A DNA stretch of 63,740 bases, filler included. It is 5 parts of 5 records of this genome, joined end to end, with 100 filler letters (N's around TTAATTAATTAA, not from the genome) between each part and the next. Parts side by side here need not be neighbours in the genome. Positions count along the whole stretch, not along the records: positions 1 to 28,986 come from DRR723986_7153; positions 29,087 to 39,775 come from DRR723986_7182; 3 more parts are not named here. The stretch is one strand, 5' to 3'. The notes under the pieces were generated by a model. It had not been told where the DNA came from. It did not search any database and was given only the letters and a program-made list of their open reading frames with translations. Positions 28,952 through 38,954 of this stretch are shown in pieces. A program made the translations under genes and the position numbers. Every line of letters starts with the position of its first letter. Positions within the stretch are counted from its first letter, which is position 1.

Positions 28952-28970
28952 TACCGTGGTAAAGCCCCCT
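28933..28970 (-). terminator. Intrinsic terminator on the minus strand
   Basis: Minus strand AGGGGGCTTTACCACGGTAATGCCCCCT followed by TCTTTTTTTT. Confidence 0.75.
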
Positions 28971-28986
28971 CTGTTCGTTCAATTGA

Positions 28987-29086
28987 NNNNNNNNNNNNNN
29001 NNNNNNNNNNNNNNNNNNNNNNNNNNNNNNTTAATTAATTAANNNNNNNNNNNNNNNNNNNNNNNNNNNNNNNNNNNNNNNNNNNN
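28987..29086. other. Artificial contig spacer
   Basis: 100-nt N run containing TTAATTAATTAA. Confidence 0.99.
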
Positions 29087-29257
29087 TAACAAAAAGAAAC
29101 AGCAAGCCACCAAACTGAAGGCTGAACCGGAAGTGCATCGAAGTTGTAGAGTGGGGGCGAAGCGCTCAAAACTCAAGACCAAAACCACTTAACATTAAAC
29201 GCGCAAGTGAATGCAGCAGAACAAGTCCGGCAAGGCCAAAACACAAAAACCAAAAAC

Positions 29258-30775
29258 TCAGGTTGACTTTGTCGCAGGCGCCGAGGCAGACTCGGAAGCA
29301 ATTAATGCGTGACGGCGTTTGGGAGTAACGATGTGTTTAAATGTTTCAAATGCCGAACGGCCGGATTGATCACCCAGCACACGCTGCTCTACCATCGATA
29401 TTAAACCGATACTGACCGCAAAAAGAAAAACGCCTTCGCGGAATGCAAATTGATTGCCGAAAAAACTGACGAATAAAGTGGAGCAGAGGCTCGCAAAAGC
29501 GACCAAAAGTGTGTAACGCAGCAGTGGATCCTTGACCTTGCGGAAAAGTGGGATGGTTCTAAAAACGTAGGAAATGATGCCCGCCAAAAATAGGAACGCG
29601 GTCGGGATCCCCAGGTAGAGCGTCAGGAACAAATAACCGTTATGAACAAATGCGCCGCTCTTGAAGGTGTTGTAAATTGGATCGTAAAACATGAAGGTTT
29701 TGCCAAAACCGAGGCCCAGAAATGGCGACTGTGGAATCAGCTGAAAGACGCGCTGGGTTTCGCTGCCACGCGACTCCAACGAGATAGATTCGGTCGGCAC
29801 AAAAATCGATTCGACGCGATTCTGCAGCATTGTGAGGAAGAGTTCGGACTTGTCTTCCCCCACAAAAGTGACAATTCCAATGACACCAATTACCATGCCG
29901 ATGCTGGACATTGCCAGAATTTTGGCGCGTTGTTTGGCGTGTGCGAATATGAAAATCAGTCCGAGGCCCAAAACCGTTGCGACCCAGAAAGTCCGCGAAA
30001 ACGTGGCAACCAGGCAGCTGAAGAAAAAGACGGTGAGTCCGAGGCAGACGATATTGCTGATCCAGCGGCGCGCATATAACAGCGCTCCGGCACAACCAAT
30101 TGTAGCTCCCACCAGCGCCATTTCCGTTAAAGCCGAACGCGCCGAGACGAGCTCAAAAGCGTACACAACATCGGTGGTGGCGCGGATATATGACTGTACG
30201 GTCTGCACGCCGACAACACAAAAGACCCCCAAAGCAATGTAGAGGAAAATGCGCAAACGCCGGTCGGTGGTAATAAATTCGCGGATTGGAAAGTAGTACA
30301 GGATCATGAGCCACAGGAGCCAGGGCCTGAACCAGTCGATAGCCTCAACCCCGTTGTACATGGCGACGCCCAGGTTGATGAGCGAGAGTCCATAGGCTGA
30401 GAGAATCAGAAAATCGCCGACGTGGCGTACCAGACGCCGTCGTTTAACCGCTAAATGCCATAAAAACCAGAGGAACAAACTGCCAAAGAAGAAGCCGACG
30501 ATGCCGACCTCCACCAGGCTCAGACCTTTATCGCCGGTGCGTAACCAGACGGCATGCATGGCCACGACCCCCAGAATCCAGGCCTGCGGAAAACGCGCAA
30601 AGACCATGACGGTGGGAAAGGCCAGGAACACCCCGACGGCCAGGTAGAAGACACGTGTGTTTAGAAATGCACCAATCAGGAGCGCGGCCAGCACGAGGCC
30701 CACGAGCAATCCGGTCCACCACGTAAGCGGCGGATTTTGGCGAAATTCATTCCATTGAGTTTGCAGTACGTCCAC
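29258..30775 (-). CDS. O-antigen ligase/Wzy-like polymerase family protein
   Basis: Multi-TM; TFSRTFW, PFLGLGFG, VHNGYL (Wzy_C signature). Confidence 0.85.
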   Translation of the reverse strand: MDVLQTQWNEFRQNPPLTWWTGLLVGLVLAALLIGAFLNTRVFYLAVGVFLAFPTVMVFARFPQAWILGVVAMHAVWLRTGDKGLSLVEVGIVGFFFGSLFLWFLWHLAVKRRRLVRHVGDFLILSAYGLSLINLGVAMYNGVEAIDWFRPWLLWLMILYYFPIREFITTDRRLRIFLYIALGVFCVVGVQTVQSYIRATTDVVYAFELVSARSALTEMALVGATIGCAGALLYARRWISNIVCLGLTVFFFSCLVATFSRTFWVATVLGLGLIFIFAHAKQRAKILAMSSIGMVIGVIGIVTFVGEDKSELFLTMLQNRVESIFVPTESISLESRGSETQRVFQLIPQSPFLGLGFGKTFMFYDPIYNTFKSGAFVHNGYLFLTLYLGIPTAFLFLAGIISYVFRTIPLFRKVKDPLLRYTLLVAFASLCSTLFVSFFGNQFAFREGVFLFAVSIGLISMVEQRVLGDQSGRSAFETFKHIVTPKRRHALIASESASAPATKST

Positions 30776-30883
30776 GCGAAATCCAAAACCTGTCGATGAG
30801 CTTAAAAGTATCTGAGAATCTGATGATTCACACAGTCAAATCGGGAACGGCAATACTTTGTGTTTTAGCGTTCCGTACAAAAT

Positions 30884-31621
30884 TTATTCCGCCAACTTCG
30901 TTTTGCGGCGGCCGGAGAAGATCGAAGCGATTTTGAGCTTCCAGACGAGGAAGGCGGCTTCGTAGATGATGTTCTTACTCATTTTGGAGACGCCGCTGCG
31001 GCGGTCCACAAATGTGATTGGAATCTCGACGATGCGCGCGCCGGCCTGCCAGGCTTTAAACGTCATTTCTATCTGAAATGCGTAGCCGTTCGATTTGATA
31101 TCAGAAAAATCGATGGCGCGCAATGTAGCCGCGCGGAAACACTTAAAGCCGCCCGTAGCATCTTTAACCGGCATGCCCGTAACAATCCGCGTATAGAGAT
31201 TGGCGAAGTAGGAAAGCAACAGACGCGACATCGGCCAGTTGACGACGTTAACACCTTTGATGTAGCGCGATCCCAGCACCAGGTCCGCCGTTTCAATCTC
31301 CTTGAGGAAATTGAGCAATTCTTTGGGGTCGTGCGAGAAGTCGGCATCCATCTCAAATACAAATTCGTAGTCGCGCTCCAGCGCGTAGGTAAAACCGGCG
31401 ACGTAGGCGGTGCCGAGCCCCATTTTGCCTGCGCGTTCTTTTAAGTGGAGGCGCGTGGCGCCGGCAGCCTGCATCTCTTTGACGATGTTGCCGGTGCCGT
31501 CGGGCGAATTGTCGTCTACGATCAGTATATCCAGGCGTTCATCTATGGCCAGCACGGAGCTGACAATCTCGCGGATATTTTCTTTCTCATCGTAGGTTGG
31601 TATGACGACAAGTGATTTCAT
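30884..31621 (-). CDS. Polyprenol monophosphomannose synthase (Dpm1/Ppm1-like GT2)
   Basis: VDDNSPDGT, KMGLGTAY, EMDADFSHDP, DATGGFK. Confidence 0.92.
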   Translation of the reverse strand: MKSLVVIPTYDEKENIREIVSSVLAIDERLDILIVDDNSPDGTGNIVKEMQAAGATRLHLKERAGKMGLGTAYVAGFTYALERDYEFVFEMDADFSHDPKELLNFLKEIETADLVLGSRYIKGVNVVNWPMSRLLLSYFANLYTRIVTGMPVKDATGGFKCFRAATLRAIDFSDIKSNGYAFQIEMTFKAWQAGARIVEIPITFVDRRSGVSKMSKNIIYEAAFLVWKLKIASIFSGRRKTKLAE

Positions 31622-31687
31622 AGTTCTTCTCACAGTTGACCGGACATTAGCGGGACGGCACATGACTGCGCCGGCAAGGTCCACTAA

Positions 31688-33181
31688 TCAGGCCTGTCCA
31701 TGTCCTTTTAGCACGCGGAACACGGTGCGCGCCAGGATTTCCAGATCGAGTTTAAATGACATGTTTTCGATATAGAAAAAGTCGTAGCGCAGGCGTTCGC
31801 GAACGTCTTTGAGCGTTTCATCGTAGGTCACGTATTTGACCTGGTGCCAGCCGGTAATCCCGGGCCGGACTTTGAGCCGTCGCGGATAATAGGGAATCGC
31901 TTCGGTAAATTTTTCAACGTAGTAGGGCCGTTCGGGGCGCGGGCCGACCATGCTCATTTCGCCACGCAGAACATTCCAGAATTGCGGGAATTCATCGATA
32001 TGCGTTTTGCGAATAAATCTGCCTACACGCGAGACACGCGGATCGTTCATTGTGGCCCACTGCGGTCCGTGTTTTTCCGCATCGGTATACATTGAACGGA
32101 ATTTGTGCAGCGTAAAGTTTTTGCCGTCGCGCCCCACGCGCGTCTGTGAATAGAGCATCGGGCCTTTGGAGTCGAGGCGGATGGCGAGTGCCACGACCAG
32201 CCAGACGGGCAGGCCCAGAACCAACACTCCCAAACTGACCAAAATGTCAAGTGTGCGTTTGGCGACTTCTTCCCAGGGTTTCATCAGCTGCGGGCTGACT
32301 TCGATCAGGGGTGTGCCGTAAATCTGCATAGTGCGTGCCTGTCCGGAAAAAATCTCGTATAGGTCCGGCACAATCTTAACCTGAACGTTTTTGGCGCTGC
32401 AGGTTGAGGCGAGGGCCAGCAGTTCATCGTGTTTGATTTGATCGATGGCTATGAGGACTTCGCGCGGACGCTTGTCTTCCAGAATTTTTCCCAGGTTAGC
32501 CAAGGATCCCAAATCCTCAAGCTTTTGCAGCTCAAGTTTTGTTGCCTCGGAGAGGGTTGTGTCGTCACGCCGCAGGATAATGCCAAGCGGCAGGTATCCC
32601 AGTGCCGGCGCCGATTTGATTGAGCGATGCAAATCGGCGATTTTTTCGGCGCTGCCCAGCAGGATCGCCGGAATCTTGATAATCCCCCGCTCGCGCAGGC
32701 GGCGCTGCACCGTCCGCGCCGTCAGCCGGCCGACGAGCACTGTGGAAGAAACCAGCAGCCAGTAGACAAAGATGATCAGGCGCGAATTGAGCGAGGCGCT
32801 GAATCCATCATCCCAGAAGATTGCCACAAACAGAATACAGCAACCGATAAATGTCAATTTAACGACCGAGAACAGCTCTTCAAAGGGCGAGCGGACGTAC
32901 CAATTTTTGTAGAGCCCTGCGAACCAAAAGAGCACGATCCAGTAGAGCGAAAGACCGATGATCGTGAAAAAGATCAGCAGCGGATTGGAGGCCATCGCGG
33001 CCGGCGTTTCCGTCTCAAACCACCCCGAAAAGAATTTCAGGTAATAGTATGGCAGGACGCTACAGATCATGGCCACTACGTCGGCCAGGAACTGGAAAAC
33101 ACTCGGAGTCCATTCTGCCAGGCGCCGTCCGCGAATGCGGCGCGCGCCGGGTGCGCTTGTATCAGCCGAAAGTGTTGCCAC
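31688..33181 (-). CDS. Undecaprenyl-phosphate sugar phosphotransferase (WcaJ-like priming transferase)
   Basis: KRTLD, KFRSM, DEFPQFWNVLRGEMSMVGPRPERP, PGITGWHQV. Confidence 0.95.
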   Translation of the reverse strand: MATLSADTSAPGARRIRGRRLAEWTPSVFQFLADVVAMICSVLPYYYLKFFSGWFETETPAAMASNPLLIFFTIIGLSLYWIVLFWFAGLYKNWYVRSPFEELFSVVKLTFIGCCILFVAIFWDDGFSASLNSRLIIFVYWLLVSSTVLVGRLTARTVQRRLRERGIIKIPAILLGSAEKIADLHRSIKSAPALGYLPLGIILRRDDTTLSEATKLELQKLEDLGSLANLGKILEDKRPREVLIAIDQIKHDELLALASTCSAKNVQVKIVPDLYEIFSGQARTMQIYGTPLIEVSPQLMKPWEEVAKRTLDILVSLGVLVLGLPVWLVVALAIRLDSKGPMLYSQTRVGRDGKNFTLHKFRSMYTDAEKHGPQWATMNDPRVSRVGRFIRKTHIDEFPQFWNVLRGEMSMVGPRPERPYYVEKFTEAIPYYPRRLKVRPGITGWHQVKYVTYDETLKDVRERLRYDFFYIENMSFKLDLEILARTVFRVLKGHGQA

Positions 33182-33186
33182 CGCGT

Positions 33187-34683
33187 TTAGTCTCGTCCTC
33201 CCTTGAGTCCCATTTTTTGGAGTGCCGACTGTAAAATCGTGCGCGCCAGTTCCAGGTCTGAACTATCAACGGCGCGCGAAAGCACAACAAAAACCACAAA
33301 GATAGGCAATGCCAAGAGAACTGCCGCCAGTGTACTCACGTTTTGCACGCCAAACCACGTGGCAGCGGCAGCCAGAAGCAGCAAACCTCCGAGCCGGAAG
33401 ACCAGATTAAAGACGCGCTCGCGTGTAAAAACTTCGCGCAAGGTGATGATCGTGACGACGGCCGCCAGCCAGTTGGACGTGATTCGCGCCACAATTGCTC
33501 CGAGCGCCTCCAGCTGAGCCGTAAAAATCAGATGCGAAACCACGCTGCCGGCGAACAGAGCCACGGCAATCCAGTTGTTGCGTTTCTGCGTTCCGATCGT
33601 AATGTGCATGAACAGACCGTAATGCACGATAAATACTGAGAATGACACCCAGGGAAAGAGCTGGAAGTGCAGTAGATTATCGGCATAACGTCCGTCGCTT
33701 AGTAACTCTATGAACCAGGGCGCAGCTGCGGTGCACAACATCGAGAGGCAAACCGCGAGGAGCAGCAGTACCTTAAGCCCGCGGAAGATGAGCCGGTAGG
33801 CGCGCTCCGGGTCTTCCTGTTTGTAGCGTGCAATCGAAGCGTAGAGACCAACTGTGAACGCCACGATTATGACCAGAAAGGGCAGATAAACCTTGGAAGC
33901 CGCTCCGTATATCCCCATCTCAACGTCGGTCGAGAAGGTTTCGAAGAAAAATATCTCGGACTTTTCGGAGAGCTGCAACAAGATGCTCGATGCAAAAATC
34001 GGCGCACACTCAATCATAAACTTCTTGGCGATCCCAAAATCAAAGCGGCGCAGGATGTGTTTGGCATCTCCCGAAACGATGATGATCCAGATAAAGCCAG
34101 GGATGCTGGAGACCATCATCCACATTGTCACACGCACCGGAGTCAGATTCGGCTGATCGATGACGACCATGATCGTGAAGAGGATCATGTCCAGCACGGA
34201 GAGCGCGGAAATCAGCGTCAGGTCGGTCCGCGAGCGGCGGCGTGTTTCAAAGACCATGCGCATCACGCCGGTTCGGCCGGCCATGAAGTAGTAGAGCAAG
34301 GTCAGAAAGGTCAGGTCAAAAACGGTCGGCTTGTAAAACAGCAGCCCCAGGAGTGTGAAACCCGAGACGCCAATCCAGAGAAAGATGCGCAGTTTGATGA
34401 ACGTGCCCATGATGTCATCGGTGCGGTGCGGCTCGTGGATAACCAGCCGCCCGGCGACCTGCGCCATGCCAAGCTCAACGAATACAACCATTACCAGGTC
34501 AACGAGGCGTTGTGCCCAGTAGAATTCTCCGTTGGAACCTTTGGGTAGAGTCGAAAGGATGGCGCGTTGAGCCAGCAGCATCAACAGCGTGTTGAGCATT
34601 TGGGCGCCGAAAACTACGGCCGACCCTGCCAGAATCGTTCGCCCGGCACCGTCTTGAGGTGTGGGCTCTTTTGCATCACTCAA
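33187..34683 (-). CDS. Wzx-like oligosaccharide flippase
   Basis: About 14 TM MOP-type topology; VELGM and MGIYGAASK motifs; glycan operon context. Confidence 0.8.
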   Translation of the reverse strand: MSDAKEPTPQDGAGRTILAGSAVVFGAQMLNTLLMLLAQRAILSTLPKGSNGEFYWAQRLVDLVMVVFVELGMAQVAGRLVIHEPHRTDDIMGTFIKLRIFLWIGVSGFTLLGLLFYKPTVFDLTFLTLLYYFMAGRTGVMRMVFETRRRSRTDLTLISALSVLDMILFTIMVVIDQPNLTPVRVTMWMMVSSIPGFIWIIIVSGDAKHILRRFDFGIAKKFMIECAPIFASSILLQLSEKSEIFFFETFSTDVEMGIYGAASKVYLPFLVIIVAFTVGLYASIARYKQEDPERAYRLIFRGLKVLLLLAVCLSMLCTAAAPWFIELLSDGRYADNLLHFQLFPWVSFSVFIVHYGLFMHITIGTQKRNNWIAVALFAGSVVSHLIFTAQLEALGAIVARITSNWLAAVVTIITLREVFTRERVFNLVFRLGGLLLLAAAATWFGVQNVSTLAAVLLALPIFVVFVVLSRAVDSSDLELARTILQSALQKMGLKGGRD

Positions 34684-34774
34684 AGCAATCCGTTGATATC
34701 GTAAGGAGTTCCGGCACGTGTAAACAATGGTACGCGGACTTGGCGTGCTGGTTCATGTGCGCAGATAGAAACCG

Positions 34775-34782
34775 CAAATTTA
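34775..34782 (-). promoter_or_regulatory. Bacteroidota-type -7 promoter element
   Basis: TAAATTTG (TAnnTTTG) about 90 nt upstream of the flippase; a second copy, TAGATTTG, lies upstream of maf at 37592-37599. Confidence 0.4.
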
Positions 34783-35241
34783 CACTTTAATTAAGATGCC
34801 GCAGGTGATTTCCGGCCGGGGGATAACAATTTACCCTGTTCAAGGCGGCGCGGCATGACTGCGAGCCGCCCGCAGCGAAGTCTTAGTCGATCAGTCGGCG
34901 CGTCCGGCGGCTTTGCAAATGGTGTCGTTTGGCCGGTTTGCGGCGCGCATAATTGGGTGGTTCTTCCAGATGATACACGATTGGCACGCTGCTGCGCAGT
35001 GGCGCATGCGGCATAGCGGCGGATTTGACGGCGAGCACAAAACAGACCATCAGCGTCAGGCAATAACGCCGCAGGGCCGCGCGCCAGAGGCGCATCGCCA
35101 GGTAAAAATGCAGATATATCAGGTGATGACTGTGCATGTTGTAGTAATTGCCGGCATGCGCCTGCCAAACGGAATTTGTCAGCAGCAAACTGCCGGAAGG
35201 ATTCCGGCCGAAGGAATCCAGCAAGGAAAAATTTGTGGCGC

Positions 35242-35982
35242 TCAGTTTGTGGGCTTCTCTTGAGCGCCATTGTTTTCGGTCTCCGCTGATGCGGGGCCGG
35301 CGGCCGGAGCTTTGCCGGCCGTGGCAGTTGCATCCGCCGATTTATCTTGGCCCAGGCCCACCAATGCACGGATCGGCTCGATATTACGCATAACTACGAG
35401 CAAGGCGATTGCCGTCCAGGCGACTTTGAACTGCGAGACAAATTCGAGTGGAGCAAATTGCACTGACCTGATGATCGCTTCCGGAGTATTAAACAGCAGC
35501 ACCGTCATCCCCAGTGAGCCAATCACTGTGGCGATGTGCACATTGCGGCGAATGATATAGAAGCCGGTAAGGTACATCAAACCAAACAGCACAAGCGGTA
35601 CCGGGTTCATCGCCAGAGCAACACCTGCAGCCGTAGCCAGGCCGCGCCCCCCCGCCATGCGCAGGAAAGCATTGTAATTGTGGCCCGCCACTACAAAAAA
35701 TGCAGCAACACCCGCACCCAGGAAGTCTTCCGGCGACATCAGGATGCCAAACCAAACCGCCAGGGCACCTTTGAGCGCATCACCCAACAGGACCAGGATG
35801 CTCAGAACTTTTGAGCCCGAAACCTCATAGAAGTTACGCGTGCCCACATTCCCCGAGCCTTCAGAGCGAATGTCACGCCCCGTGTGGCGCCGCATCAGCA
35901 AGTAGGCCGTTGGAACAGTCCCAAGCAGATATCCCACCGCCGCACAGGCAATGGAAACAAGAATCATTTCAAATACATTCAT
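35242..35982 (-). CDS. plsY: Glycerol-3-phosphate acyltransferase PlsY
   Basis: DIRSEGSGNVGTRN, DALKG, GHNY, GGRGLAT. Confidence 0.88.
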   Translation of the reverse strand: MNVFEMILVSIACAAVGYLLGTVPTAYLLMRRHTGRDIRSEGSGNVGTRNFYEVSGSKVLSILVLLGDALKGALAVWFGILMSPEDFLGAGVAAFFVVAGHNYNAFLRMAGGRGLATAAGVALAMNPVPLVLFGLMYLTGFYIIRRNVHIATVIGSLGMTVLLFNTPEAIIRSVQFAPLEFVSQFKVAWTAIALLVVMRNIEPIRALVGLGQDKSADATATAGKAPAAGPASAETENNGAQEKPTN

Positions 35983-36872
35983 TCACCGGTTCCGCGATCT
36001 ATGCGCAATATTCTCATCTGTAGAAGCGAGAAGAACAAAATTATTATGAAGACCACGTAAGCCAGTGCCGCAGCGTAACCCATCATATCGGCACGCTCAA
36101 AAGCACTTATGAAAACTTGATAGATCAGGGTTGTGGTCGCATGTAGCGGCCCCCCTTTTGTCATCACGTAAATTTCTACGAATATCTGGAAGGACTTGAT
36201 GGTGTTGATTACGAGCACAAACAGCAGCGTCGGCCGCAAAAGCGGGATGGTAATACGGCGTAGCTGCGTCCACAGGCTGGCGCCCGCCAGCTCTGCAGCT
36301 TCGTAGTAATCTTTGGGTATAGTCTGTAAAGCCGCCAGAAAGATTACCATGTAATAGCCGGCAGAAATCCAGACTTCCATGCCCATAATCGCAAATAAAG
36401 CCGTCGACGGTTCCAGCAGCCAGCCACGCTCCGGAAAAGGCAGCCCCAAGACCTGCAGCAGATAATTGATGTAGCCGTCTTTGGCGTACAGATTGGTAAA
36501 AATCAGGGAGAGAACAACCAACGAACTCACCGACGGCAGGAAAAATGCCGAACGGAAAAAATTGCGGAAATGCCGCACGCGGTGCACCGCCAGCGCCAAA
36601 ACCAGGGCAAAAGCCGTCGTTACCGGAATCGTGCCCACCACAAAAACGGAAGTATTGGCAAGCGCCGTCCAGAACAGATCATCCTGAAATATGCGAATGT
36701 AATTGTCAAAGCCAATCCACTCAGCCTCGTTGCGCAAAGTCAGGTAGCGCGTAAAGCTCATGTAGAGTGCGTAGATCAGCGGAAAAAGCCAGAAGACGAC
36801 AAAGGTCACCATCCAGGGCGATAGCAGCAGGGCTGTCTGCCCCATCGGCTCGGTCCGGCGCTTGACGCGCAA
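35979..36872 (-). CDS. Carbohydrate ABC transporter permease
   Basis: EAA loop YYEAAELAGAS; GFDNY; MTKGGP; start uncertain (TTG 36872 or ATG 36845). Confidence 0.9.
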   Translation of the reverse strand: MRVKRRTEPMGQTALLLSPWMVTFVVFWLFPLIYALYMSFTRYLTLRNEAEWIGFDNYIRIFQDDLFWTALANTSVFVVGTIPVTTAFALVLALAVHRVRHFRNFFRSAFFLPSVSSLVVLSLIFTNLYAKDGYINYLLQVLGLPFPERGWLLEPSTALFAIMGMEVWISAGYYMVIFLAALQTIPKDYYEAAELAGASLWTQLRRITIPLLRPTLLFVLVINTIKSFQIFVEIYVMTKGGPLHATTTLIYQVFISAFERADMMGYAAALAYVVFIIILFFSLLQMRILRIDRGTGE

Positions 36873-36886
36873 TGTGCCACCGCCGG

Positions 36887-37510
36887 TCAAATTGAATCCT
36901 TCTGCGCTGGGAACCCATCCCGAATACAGCCGCACAGATCGCGATACAGAGACTCAAGCGGCAGGCCGACGACATTGTAATAACAGCCGCGAATCTCACG
37001 CACAAACACAGCGCCAAAATCATCCTGAATGCCGTAGGCGCCGGCTTTATCAAGCGGTGACCCACCGGCAATATATTCCTTGATTTCCTCGTGTTCCAGC
37101 TCGCGGAATTCAACTTCCGTGCTGCGGAAATTTGTGACGTGGCGGCCGCCGGCCGCTTCAACAATCGAGTAGCCCGTATAAACTTTGTGTGTACGGCCGG
37201 ACAGCTCATTCAACATGCCAAAGGCAGCGTCGGCATCCTCTGGTTTATTCAGAATTTTGTTATCGAGTACCACAATTGTGTCGGCACCAATCACCCAGGC
37301 ATCCGTATGCTGCGCAGCCACTGCCGCCGCCTTGGTTTGTGCCAGCGAACAAACGTACTGTTGTGGCGCTTTCCCGACTGCCAGTGCATCTTCATCGATA
37401 TTGGCTGCCTGCACCGTGAATTCAAGGTCCAGCTGTTGCAACAACTGGCGCCTGCGCGGCGAAGCCGAGCCCAGAATCAAAGGGTGTTCCAGTTTAAGTA
37501 ATCTGCTCAT
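36887..37510 (-). CDS. maf: Maf-family nucleoside triphosphate pyrophosphatase
   Basis: LGSASPRRRQLL, GADTIV, LSGRTH, DKAGAYGIQ, NVVGLP. Confidence 0.95.
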   Translation of the reverse strand: MSRLLKLEHPLILGSASPRRRQLLQQLDLEFTVQAANIDEDALAVGKAPQQYVCSLAQTKAAAVAAQHTDAWVIGADTIVVLDNKILNKPEDADAAFGMLNELSGRTHKVYTGYSIVEAAGGRHVTNFRSTEVEFRELEHEEIKEYIAGGSPLDKAGAYGIQDDFGAVFVREIRGCYYNVVGLPLESLYRDLCGCIRDGFPAQKDSI

Positions 37511-37739
37511 AGTTCTGACTTGTCGTTCCAGCGTATCGCTCTGCCGCCAAAGTAGAGCGTTGCCCGCATACTTTAGCACTTTCCCAAGTGGCAAATCTAG
37601 CAAAATTGTGGCGTATTGCGGGCAGTTGGCGCAGCTTCTGAATGCCTGAGACTGACAATGCAGTCAAATCGTTGTAAATTGCTGCCCACAAAATCAATAT
37701 AGTTGAACGCAGGTTTCTAATTCGGGTCTCGACACAAGC

Positions 37740-38954
37740 GTGAAACTGCTCTTCCTACTGCCGCGCATTCCCTTCCCGCTTACCGATGGTGGCGCGGTGG
37801 CGACATACAATCAACTTAAATACCTGCAGCGAGCCGGACATGACATTAGTGTTCTGGCCCTTAACCCGCGCAAATTCCACCAATCGCCCGACGTGATTCA
37901 GGAAGTCTGCAGACGCATTATCACGGTGGATGCCGATACAAACCCCAGCCCTGTCCTGGCGCTATTTCACATTTTCAGTCAGCCGCCGTATCGCTACCGT
38001 CGTTTTCTCTCGGCCGAGTTTAGCGCCAAATTACAGGCCCTTTTAAAATCGGAGTCATTTGACCTGATTATCATGGATCAAACCCCGATGGTCCTCTACG
38101 CGCGCGAACTTAAACAGTTGACAAACACGCCGCTGGTATTGCGCAGTCACAACGTGGAATATGCATTATTACAACGCGTTGCCATGAGCGACAAACAGAA
38201 TTTGACGTCCTGGTACCTGGGCAAAACTGTTAAAGCAACGCGCAAAATGGAAACCGAATATTACGGCTTGTGTAACGCAATCATTCCCATGTCCGAGGGC
38301 GATGCAGAGTTGATTCGTGGGCTGGGTTACAATGGCAGGTTAAAATCGCTAGCTTTGGGTGTTAATCTTGAAAACTTCACTGCAGCCCCTGGTGTCAGCC
38401 CCAAGCCAAACACACTCGCCTATTTTGGATCCTTTGACTGGCTGCCGAATGCAGATGCTGTAGATTGGTTAATGGCTGAAATATTTCCGGCATTGCGCAA
38501 TAAACTACCTCTAGTGGAGTTACATCTTGGTGGGCGCAACCCAGACCAAAAAATCATTGACTACGGGCAGCACGCCGGCGTATTTGTGCATCCGAATGTT
38601 CCGTCAGCGGCGGACTTTCTGCATAAAAATGACATACTGCTGGTTCCGCTCAGAATTGGCGGCGGCATGCGTGTTAAAATTGTGGAAGCGATGGCGGCGG
38701 GCAAAGCAATCATCAGCACATCCGTTGGTGCTGAAGGCATTAACTACACGGACGGCAAAGATATTCTGATAGCGAATTCGGCCGAAGAATTTGTCGCTGC
38801 CACAAGCCGACTATTAAACAACTCAAAACTTAAACAGTCGCTTGGTCTGGCCGCACGTGAAACTGCAGCACAACACTACACTTGGGAAGCTCTGACTGCA
38901 AAACTGGACCGTTTCTTAACGGAATTTCTGCATGACGAGCATACTTCAGTATAA
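37740..38954 (+). CDS. Glycosyltransferase family 4
   Basis: PFPLTDGG, HNVEY, VPLRIGGGMRVKIVEAMAAG, STSVGAEGI. Confidence 0.92.
   Translation: MKLLFLLPRIPFPLTDGGAVATYNQLKYLQRAGHDISVLALNPRKFHQSPDVIQEVCRRIITVDADTNPSPVLALFHIFSQPPYRYRRFLSAEFSAKLQALLKSESFDLIIMDQTPMVLYARELKQLTNTPLVLRSHNVEYALLQRVAMSDKQNLTSWYLGKTVKATRKMETEYYGLCNAIIPMSEGDAELIRGLGYNGRLKSLALGVNLENFTAAPGVSPKPNTLAYFGSFDWLPNADAVDWLMAEIFPALRNKLPLVELHLGGRNPDQKIIDYGQHAGVFVHPNVPSAADFLHKNDILLVPLRIGGGMRVKIVEAMAAGKAIISTSVGAEGINYTDGKDILIANSAEEFVAATSRLLNNSKLKQSLGLAARETAAQHYTWEALTAKLDRFLTEFLHDEHTSV

Noticed and set aside
29031-29042. TTAATTAATTAA palindrome recurring four times
   Set aside because: Synthetic all-frame-stop linker inside N gaps
34791-35263. 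Overlapping ORFs of 113-192 aa between plsY and the flippase
   Set aside because: No recognisable domain and conflicting frames; a small protein cannot be excluded but is unsupported
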